A stretch of DNA of 64,000 bases from positions 1 to 64,000 of the IMG/VR virus record IMGVR_UViG_3300050343_000215; one strand, written 5' to 3'. Shown one piece after another: positions 17,501-25,300 of the stretch. The position numbers and the translations under genes are program-made. Positions within the stretch are counted from its first letter, which is position 1, and each line of letters starts with the position of its first letter. The notes under the pieces are model-generated. The model made no database searches, was not told the origin of the DNA, and saw only the letters and a program-made list of their open reading frames with translations. This stretch comes from a virus.

Positions 17501-20307
17501 TGCTCATCAGGAATATGTCTAAGAACAGTATCAGATCTATAGATAAAATAGATTCTGTCATATGGAGCAGTTTGATCTGTCTGAGAATTAGTATCATAAG
17601 GTACGATTACATTACTTGCATCAGTTCTTCTTGCAACAACATAACCAATCAGAGGTGGTCTTGCATTAAGTTCAGTCTTAGGAATAACATAACGCATACG
17701 ATATGTTCTGTCAGCTAACTGTCTATTATCAGCAATTCTTCTGAAGAAAATATTTTCTGTATTTGTTAAAGTAACGTTACTGTAGATACTATTTGGGTTA
17801 GTAAGAACTGGATGAATACCATTGTTTGCATTTGATTTTACAGCAAGATACCAGTTTTCTTGCACTGGATCATATCTCAGTGGAGATTTCTGGATATTTC
17901 TATAAACCTTTATCTGATTTACATCTCCTGGTGCATCAATGTTAATCTCAATACCATTGTTTGCATTTGATTCAGTGTCTGAAATCTTAAATGTATAAGC
18001 ATCTACAACAAATACAAAATATTCACTTTTAAGACTGATAGACTGTGTTGTTCCACTCTGCTGAATTTGAGGAAGTTGTCCAGTAGTTTTAACATCAGCA
18101 ATTACTCTACGGCGGAAGAATACTTTATCTCCAGTAGAGAAACCGTGAGGGAAGGTGCCTGTTGAAAATGTCTCAGTGCTTGAATTTGCTTCAACATCAA
18201 ATCTTGGAAGTTCTGGATTAGTATCAGAAACAAATGCCTTTACGACCAAAGAAGATCCTAAAGCTATGATAGATCTGAGGTTTACAATACTATTTGAAGA
18301 AAGAGGATTACTAGAATCTGCACCAGCTCTTGCATCTTCTTCTGAAGGTGCAATTTTAAATGATGTATTATTTACCTTAATAGCATAATAAAGTCTATTA
18401 GACTCCATGCCTAGTGGCAAATAACCTGTGCTGCTGTAAATTCTAATAGGAGTAGCAGTCTCAAATTCATTTGTAGATGCTGTAGTGAATGTATCAGTAG
18501 CGACATCTACATCAGTAACAGTATGTTCTTCAATACCACTAGGATCAATTTCTGCTTCATATACATCTAAACCATTAGTAACAGGATTACTAAGTTTTAC
18601 ATGAATCCTATCGTTAATTTTACCACCAATCTTATAATTGTTGATGTCAAATACTGGTGCCTCAGAGGCATCTCTCTGTCCAAACAAGAATAGTTTGGTG
18701 CCCGTAGTGTTGGCAGCTAAGTTTGCTCTACTCTTCTGAACATCTAATGGATAATACTGAACATCACTTTCAATTGTTGATAATGACTGAGGTGGAACAA
18801 TGTGAGTGAACTTACCTTTCTTATCAAGTGTGAACGAATCTGGACGGAAACCATCAGCAATTAGAGCCTGAGTACCAAAGTTAGAGTTAGAGTTAGTGAT
18901 AGAATAATCACCACCAGACTCAATCAGGTGCTGCTCAGCGTAACCAACGGCGAACACAGAGACTGACTGAATGAATGCATTATTAGACACACGGATGTGA
19001 TAATGTCTCCAACCAGTGCTAGCATCACCACGATAGTACACACCTCTGGTAGAATCTTGGTGAAGTGCAACAGCATCAGAAGCACCATTCTCTAGTACAA
19101 AACTAGGATTAGGAACTGTAGTTTCAGTAAACTTAACAAATGCACGATCATCCTTCTGAAGTGAAACTCCAGTAAACTGTGCAACAACCATGGATTTAAA
19201 TCCACTGACTCTACTACCATCTGCCCATAGACCACAAAGACCATAAGTGGATCTTAATGAACAGTTAAAGATGTATGGTGAAGATGAGTCAACCGTATCA
19301 ATCTCAGCTTTAACAATAGCCTGATCAATATCACTAACAGGAATATTACCCGGAGCCAGACCATTTAGAGTAACTACTAATTCAGTATCATTATTAACTC
19401 TAGTAACATAGTAAGTTCCATTCAAATCAGTATAAGAACCTGCAACATTCTCAATGGTGATTTGCTGACCTTCAAATACTTCATGAGGACCATCAGTTAC
19501 GATAGTAATCAATGCACCAGAAACACTTGCTGTTGAAATTTCTTTTTGTCCTGCCTGTTGTAGAGGACCAACAATTCTATTTTCTTGTGTTCTAGATTCT
19601 AATTCACCTGGAGTTGTGGGGATTGATGCAAATGCTTTAGATGCTTTTGAATAGAAAAGATCTAGATCGGTTTGATCAGCATATGTAAAGCAAGTAACTT
19701 TATGGTGAGAATAGTTAGAGTTTACAATAGCAGTGCTAGTAGGATCAGAATAAACACCACCGTTACCAGAGACATCAGATGTGGGAAGAGCATCAAACAG
19801 TGAGAACTGCCAGAAATAACATGCACCAGTTACCTTAAAGATTGATGTTCTACCAATAGAATCATCAGCAGGATTAGGAACATAACGAGGACGAACTCTC
19901 GTTTTTCTAAGGTCCATACCAACGAGTGAAGTACCTCTAGGTACAACTAAACCACCGATTACGGAGTTAAACTTATGAAGATCATTATTAGGATCTAAAA
20001 TATCAAAGTTAGATTGATCCGATAGTTCAGCAACTTCAGCAGTGTTTGCCTTACCAGGACGGTTATCAACGATATACTCACCGGGTGACAGGTTGATCGT
20101 AAACTGATCATACTTGTCATTATTCTGACCTTGAATATATGAAAATCTTGCTACTTCCAGCAGCGCACGCTGAATAGTTTTGAACGGTCTAGTGGGAGAG
20201 TTTCCGTTATTTGAAATCAAGTCCGACGCATTAAAATCGTCAGGGTTGACATACAACATCCTTCCAGTTCTGGAAGCAATCAAATTAGTTAGTCTGGTTA
20301 ATGCCAT
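14503..20307 (-). CDS. Large virion structural / tail-fibre protein with collar domain and HxH-rich tip
   Basis: 1934 aa; collar motif LPTGAVIMW...GYKLCDG...PDFRGRFIVG; seven HxH motifs; GATAAATA late-promoter-like element upstream. Confidence 0.8.
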   Translation of the reverse strand: MALTRLTNLIASRTGRMLYVNPDDFNASDLISNNGNSPTRPFKTIQRALLEVARFSYIQGQNNDKYDQFTINLSPGEYIVDNRPGKANTAEVAELSDQSNFDILDPNNDLHKFNSVIGGLVVPRGTSLVGMDLRKTRVRPRYVPNPADDSIGRTSIFKVTGACYFWQFSLFDALPTSDVSGNGGVYSDPTSTAIVNSNYSHHKVTCFTYADQTDLDLFYSKASKAFASIPTTPGELESRTQENRIVGPLQQAGQKEISTASVSGALITIVTDGPHEVFEGQQITIENVAGSYTDLNGTYYVTRVNNDTELVVTLNGLAPGNIPVSDIDQAIVKAEIDTVDSSSPYIFNCSLRSTYGLCGLWADGSRVSGFKSMVVAQFTGVSLQKDDRAFVKFTETTVPNPSFVLENGASDAVALHQDSTRGVYYRGDASTGWRHYHIRVSNNAFIQSVSVFAVGYAEQHLIESGGDYSITNSNSNFGTQALIADGFRPDSFTLDKKGKFTHIVPPQSLSTIESDVQYYPLDVQKSRANLAANTTGTKLFLFGQRDASEAPVFDINNYKIGGKINDRIHVKLSNPVTNGLDVYEAEIDPSGIEEHTVTDVDVATDTFTTASTNEFETATPIRIYSSTGYLPLGMESNRLYYAIKVNNTSFKIAPSEEDARAGADSSNPLSSNSIVNLRSIIALGSSLVVKAFVSDTNPELPRFDVEANSSTETFSTGTFPHGFSTGDKVFFRRRVIADVKTTGQLPQIQQSGTTQSISLKSEYFVFVVDAYTFKISDTESNANNGIEINIDAPGDVNQIKVYRNIQKSPLRYDPVQENWYLAVKSNANNGIHPVLTNPNSIYSNVTLTNTENIFFRRIADNRQLADRTYRMRYVIPKTELNARPPLIGYVVARRTDASNVIVPYDTNSQTDQTAPYDRIYFIYRSDTVLRHIPDEQDGIYYLTILLADIAPTGDQFNSLDNTFNFLKYSQDVSKIYPDLDKDNPAADPAAAVSVADNLVHGLVYQDDNRSSITKEAVATLVADSGYSPALNSLSGKATSGQENRLIAFNANIPDINVELRRTSQVRAGNQTFEYTGFGSGNYSTGFPSKQEIVLTDKEVLYSQSQRRRAGVVFYSGLNAYGDLYVGNQKINAITGEVEILDKPILRVAGTAVAVNEEYVPYVAGSKNVYIEGNLATDGGVGNALPNNFNNLSKFTEGAQVSNEEDSNRALISHDICFRQKVSNVAGEFANYTNKQIALSVGNTKPTPGVEGEFPGDKRYKPVINRTSRHEGYIFVGGDSSETAPPLSLVGDYRSIGLIGTGHLTSIEESHVQAPNFSSNLPEPYEVTGKFGINQTAPTASLHVGTGDVLFDNNLTVTEDVAINGGDLTSTATTFNYTTTSTEVNFSTNATLMNVAASNASLGAGTQGGNSVAVIASDTTRIMGDVEMHGKYDTGTTGSKTATITTIADVTNFLTIPSTVNFSSATMNAFTGATLINIGNTTGTTTVNHNLTVTGDLRINGTTTYVNSTIVDLDDPIISLGGTTDDGAAAASAANKDRGLELKYYSGSAKSGFMGLDVSEMKYKLYTDASGFDTNQVTGTLATLNLEKIEAEGTVEASTFELDASLSYTSQGNEFNSTMRSAIMKHALPTGAVIMWHDSSGNAGSSIPNGYKLCDGGTYTSRDGSSFTTPDFRGRFIVGKGNNAGGNYTSMLGGSHSKTTSDATNATTLAVNMSAFTITNHSLTIGQLPQHQHGMNHGHSSVDVTSFTAKSGTIDYDTMPDTGLHGHTVSGMAHDHYFGGDDHLTAANSETGGSTNYWPDAEPVWTDESGEQYDWESGKDSGSGGRYRIYRTSGATGMDPHVSGGGAHDHRILLSYSEVANAIASGSGSIPESVVTNPWNNPNATGEGTAYGLKSPADGHSHGTGGQVTLDNRSHTHSISDITPPWRNTTFIIKM

Positions 20308-20413
20308 CTGGAGTTATTATACAAAATGGTTCTTCTGGGGTATTTATCATTAAAAAAGATCAGATATTAATACCTGATCTTTAAGACTTCCTTCACACGG
20401 AAGTTAAATTCTA

Positions 20414-20596
20414 TCACTCATATTCTATTGTGTCAAGTATGTATTCTACAGTGTTGGCAACATCATCCATAGCATCACGTAAAACTGGTTGTTGTCCAGA
20501 ATATTGTTCTGTTTTAGGTTCGCCATTTTTCAATTCTTCAGCAAGAGTCCAACGCCATTGCTGCATACCCTTAGAATACCACAGGTTTATTTTCAT
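20414..20596 (-). CDS. Cyanophage hypothetical protein
   Basis: MKINLWYSKGMQQWRWTL... Confidence 0.7.
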   Translation of the reverse strand: MKINLWYSKGMQQWRWTLAEELKNGEPKTEQYSGQQPVLRDAMDDVANTVEYILDTIEYE

Positions 20597-20853
20597 TCTG
20601 GTAAAATACTTTCAGGATCTAATTCTATGCCACTTAACATGGGATGTAAACCTTCCTCTAACAAATATGCTGATTTCTGATGAATCAGTTCAATTGAAAT
20701 GCAAGGAGAATCTATTGCTTCTGCCAACACTGCTTCTGTTTCTTTTGCCTCATCATCTAAAGAATCAAATGTAAATGGAGTGCCATTTAATAAGTATGCT
20801 TTTACTATTCCTTCCTCATCAGTGAGGATATGCTTAGTGGTTACTTTATACAT
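20593..20853 (-). CDS. Cyanophage hypothetical protein
   Basis: 86-aa ORF coupled to its neighbours. Confidence 0.7.
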   Translation of the reverse strand: MYKVTTKHILTDEEGIVKAYLLNGTPFTFDSLDDEAKETEAVLAEAIDSPCISIELIHQKSAYLLEEGLHPMLSGIELDPESILPE

Positions 20854-20854
20854 A

Positions 20855-21187
20855 TTAGCGTTTTATGCATTTAAGGTTATATTCTCTCGCTTTAAGTGCC
20901 TCAATCATATACATCATCGCTACTTCTGGATTCGTTTCCCCACATGTAAAAACATCTAGGGCGGCAGACCCTCGTTCGGGCCAAGTGTGGATGCTGATGT
21001 GACTCTCTGAGAGTAATGCTACAATAGTAACACCTTGTGGTTCAAACTTATGAGATGAGATATCCAATAAGGTTAAACTAGTTTTATTTAGAGACTGAAT
21101 AATTTGCTCTTTTAAATAATTTTCATCATCAAGAAGTTCACGAGGGCATTCATATGCCTCGGTGAAGCAATGCTTACCAAGTGTCAT
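20855..21187 (-). CDS. speD: S-adenosylmethionine decarboxylase proenzyme
   Basis: KFEPQGVT...LSESHISIHTWPE (ES self-cleavage site), DVFTCG. Confidence 0.95.
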   Translation of the reverse strand: MTLGKHCFTEAYECPRELLDDENYLKEQIIQSLNKTSLTLLDISSHKFEPQGVTIVALLSESHISIHTWPERGSAALDVFTCGETNPEVAMMYMIEALKAREYNLKCIKR

Positions 21188-22380
21188 TAGTTCAATCTAA
21201 TAATAAGAGCAGTACCTGCAATTTCCTTTGTTGCTACCATTGAAATCATACCCATGGCACCAGTTGCTTGTATTGCAACAGAACCACCTAAGTTTTGTAG
21301 GAGGATTGTATTCAGTGGCGTGGGACCAGTTTGAATGCCAATATTACCTACTGCTGTTGCCTGGAGAACACAATCACCTTTAACCAAAGATCCAGCAGAC
21401 CATGCTGTTAGTCCTGGTGCAGCAGTGCCAACCTGACAGTAAGAATTACCCACAGGGATATTAACAAAATCTTGAGAATATTGTAGAAGAGGATCCATCA
21501 GCAATGTTGATGTCCTACTACCAACAATTTCATATTTTAATGCCTCAGTCGGCATTTCTATTTGCAGTGGTCCAACTTTTTTAATTGGGTTATTGTTGAC
21601 CTTGACTTTCATCTTGCCATCAACCTCAAGAATATAGTCATGACCTACTTTATGATGAAGTGTTCCCTGAGTTTCGTGGGTGGTAATATGAGCTCCTGGT
21701 CCCAAAACAGAGGGTTCCAGAATATTCATCTTCTGTTCCTGAATTACTTCACCATAATTCTCCTCCATCTTACTACCAGTAACAGTTTCTTTGAAACTGG
21801 TTGTAGAAAGTTCATACTGACCTGTGGAAATACTTAATTTGCCACTACCAACACTTTTTGTTAACCCAAATGGTACAGGATCTTGACTTCCAGTGTTTAA
21901 ACTAATTTGCTCTGCTGCTTTCAGTTTAATACTACCGCCTGCATTCAGTTCAATATCCTTAGCGGCAGAAATATAAATTCCTCCCTTACCATTAGATTGA
22001 ATACATATGTCTCCAGTGCCAAAGATTTCAACACTTTTTTCCTCATCTTCACCAGCCTCACCACCACCAGTAACTCTATGACCTTCAGCAATTAACTTAA
22101 TGTTATGCCCTGACTTGAAGTGCATATACCCCACTGATTTAACATCAAGGTATCCCTCATTAGGGGTCATATCTGAACTTCTAGCATTAATTAAAACTGC
22201 ACCATTCTCCTGCCAACGAACAAATGATCCGCGATAATGTCGCATCTCATAGTTCCTATCGTCAGGACCACATGTTTCTCTAATGGCAAAGGAGCTATCA
22301 GTGAGAGTCTCCCTTACCTCATTTATTTCCTCCGTAATTTTGGAAGATTCTTGTACAAGGGACTGTTTAGTATCTAACAT
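21187..22380 (-). CDS. Baseplate hub / gp5 C-terminal beta-helix-like protein
   Basis: Val/Gly-rich 8-residue beta repeats; directly follows the gp5-like gene. Confidence 0.6.
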   Translation of the reverse strand: MLDTKQSLVQESSKITEEINEVRETLTDSSFAIRETCGPDDRNYEMRHYRGSFVRWQENGAVLINARSSDMTPNEGYLDVKSVGYMHFKSGHNIKLIAEGHRVTGGGEAGEDEEKSVEIFGTGDICIQSNGKGGIYISAAKDIELNAGGSIKLKAAEQISLNTGSQDPVPFGLTKSVGSGKLSISTGQYELSTTSFKETVTGSKMEENYGEVIQEQKMNILEPSVLGPGAHITTHETQGTLHHKVGHDYILEVDGKMKVKVNNNPIKKVGPLQIEMPTEALKYEIVGSRTSTLLMDPLLQYSQDFVNIPVGNSYCQVGTAAPGLTAWSAGSLVKGDCVLQATAVGNIGIQTGPTPLNTILLQNLGGSVAIQATGAMGMISMVATKEIAGTALIIRLN

Positions 22381-22381
22381 T

Positions 22382-25300
22382 TTATGGGCAATCTACGATG
22401 AACACGGTTCCAATTGTACTATCATTATATTTATTGACGACTCTGAGATAGCGTTCAGCAACTTCACTACAAGGAACAAATTGGATAATTGGTTTAGCAG
22501 ATCCACCAAATCCATTAGCACCTCTGATTCTAATATCAGGAAGTTTATCATAAACTATATTTTGTGGATTGGTGATTCTAATCTCAACAAGTTTTCCATC
22601 CTCAATAGCAGCAAATGCTATAGTTGGGTCGCCATTAACATAAACAGTAGGCGATGATTCATAATAACCACCGACATTCGTAAGAGCAATCTCACTAAGA
22701 ATTCCGCATTCACCTGCTATATCAACGTTTGGAGTATATCCAATACCTGGAGATTTTACTATAATATTAATTAAACATCCATGCTCATCTAACTCTGCTT
22801 TAGCAATAGCACCAGTCCCAAGACCGCTGATAGCAATTAAAGGAGGTTGCTTATATCGCACATTACAGTCTTGCAATTCAGGAGGAATAGGCACAGAAAC
22901 TACACCACCAGGAGGACCAACAATAACTGGTGTACTAGGAGGTGGATCGTCAGTAAACAAATCATCCTCATCATCATCATCAGGTACACAAACACCATTA
23001 ACACACACATATCCTTCAGGACAATCAGAATCTATCGTACATGCAAGTACACATACACCATTAACACACACATATCCTTCAGGACAGTCGTCATCTATTT
23101 TACATCCTATCACACACTTACCATTAACACATATCATACCTTCAGGGCAGTCTTCATCTATTTTACATTCATCAGGTTCAAGAGTAGGCGGTGGATCATC
23201 ATCAGGTTCATCAAATGGAGGAGGCGGGTCAATTATATCATCAACAGATACACAAACACCATCAATACATACCTGTCCTTTAGGGCAGTCAGCATCTATT
23301 GTACATTCTGGAGCAGGATCAGGTACACATTCACCATTGATACATATTTGACCTTCAGGACAGTCAGAATCTACTAAACATCCCGTAGTAGGAATAATAT
23401 CCTCATCTGGACAATAATATTCTTTGTTAGTTTTATCCTTCCAATATCCTTCTTTCTCCTTCATATATGTAAGAGAGTTTGGATCTTCAAACAACATTCT
23501 TCTCACGACCGTGCAATCATCATCAGGATCATCATCAGGAAAATCTTCTGGAACATCTTTGTTATCAGTAGGTTCAATAATATCACACAGCCCAGAATCA
23601 GGAGCAACACCAAAATCAACAGTGAGAAGTTTTACAAGTTCTCCCATTCCACTGAAAGAATATCCACCCTGGTCTGGGAATGATAATGTGTTCCCAACCG
23701 TGTAGTTTTGACCAGGGTTAACAATTTTAAGAATTGTATATCTGGTATTCTTAGGTTCGTTATTTTCATCAAAGAGTGCCTCAAATCTTGCTTTTACTCT
23801 AAGACCTGTTCCATCACCGCCAACTAAGTCAAACTCACTTTCATAAGAATCTTTCATATTAGCCCAGTTAAGGGCAGTACCATAAGTATGCTGTGCGAAT
23901 TCACCAATCCTCTTCGGATAGAACCCTGCTTCAAAATCATTGATTAACTTATTTTTAACACTAGATTCATTAGGTGTAACAGAAAGAATGGTCAATCTAG
24001 CATTTTCATCAAAACCATTCTCAGGATTGTCATCCCATCTAGCTACTTGACCTTTTGAAATAATTTGTGGCTTACTTTGTTCTTTACCAACTTCAACAGA
24101 AGCTGTAGTAGTAGCGTCAACTGCAATAGTTTTTCTATCAGTACCCGATGTACCTTTTTGTTGAGTCGTCCAACTAACCTTTTCACCATTACCAACTTTC
24201 AAAGTTCCTACAGCGAGACCAGATGTACTAGGGTTATCATTCCAAGTAAACTTTAAGGAGACATCCCCCTTCCCAGTAACAAGCATTTGAGTTCCATCAT
24301 CATTAAACTTTGCAGTGACACCGGAAGATGTATCTTCAATTTCTAACGCAGCATTTTTATCAAAACCATTAGAGGCACGATCATCAAACTGGACTTCTTT
24401 ACCACCACGGACAACTTTTCTGCCCGCCGTAGAGGATTCACCTTCAGTTCTGATAGCAAATGATTTTTGAGCATCAGTAGTTTCGGTGGTGGTGGAAAGT
24501 TGATTCCCTTTATATTTGAATTTATAAGTTTCTCCAGAACTAACAAATACGGTTTTCGTTACTGAACCTTTTTCTTTTAACTGTTTAAAAGTTTTACCCG
24601 CGACAAAAAGTTCTCCAACTGCTAAACCACTTTTATCAGGATCATCATCCCATTCAAATCTTAATTTAACAGCACCTTCCCCAACATCACCAGTAACCTT
24701 TAAACCAGACCCATCATTAAGGAACTTTGCATCAAGTTCATTAAGAACACTTTCTGCGGTCATCCTAGGTTTAAAGTTTTCAAAAAGTTCTATAGACTCA
24801 CCAAAACCGGCAGGAGTAGCAGCTACATCAGTATATGAGATTAAATCCCCATCCTGAAGTGTTCCAGGAGGAGCACAGTTTACAGTGCTAGAATAACACC
24901 CCTTTTTAGTGATTCCAATATATGTTTGCTTAGTTGTAAATGTAATTACAGGAGTAAATGCTGATGGAGTTGAAGGTGTTCCAGTAATCGTACAACGATA
25001 ATACTCCTCATCCATAATCAAATAAGATGGTTGAGCAACTTTTAATCTATTAGTTACAGCGCCAGAATATGTAATGCTAGCAGACTGTGGAACAGTAGAT
25101 GTTGACCATTTATCAAGGGTAGTTCCACCAATAGTAACACCAGACGGACCAAAGGTGGTTACTCTTTCATTAATAGTTTCAGATCTAACACCATCGGCAA
25201 CAGCAGTCCATGTACCAGAAGGATCATAAGTTCTCTCCCATGCATAAGATAATGTATAACCAGGAACACTCGCTTTAGCAACAAATCCAATCTTTAGAGG

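Noticed and set aside
20386-20404. ACTTCC-TTCACAC-GGAAGT hairpin resembling a Val(CAC) anticodon arm
   Set aside because: No D-arm, T-arm or acceptor stem flanks it, so it is treated as a plain hairpin next to a terminator
22847-23377. 176-aa plus-strand repetitive ORF
   Set aside because: Mirror of the Cys-rich repeats on the coding strand
22988-23380. Regularly spaced DNA repeats that might suggest a CRISPR array or DGR template
   Set aside because: The repeats are in-frame coding units with synonymous variation; there are no unique spacers, cas genes or reverse transcriptase in the window
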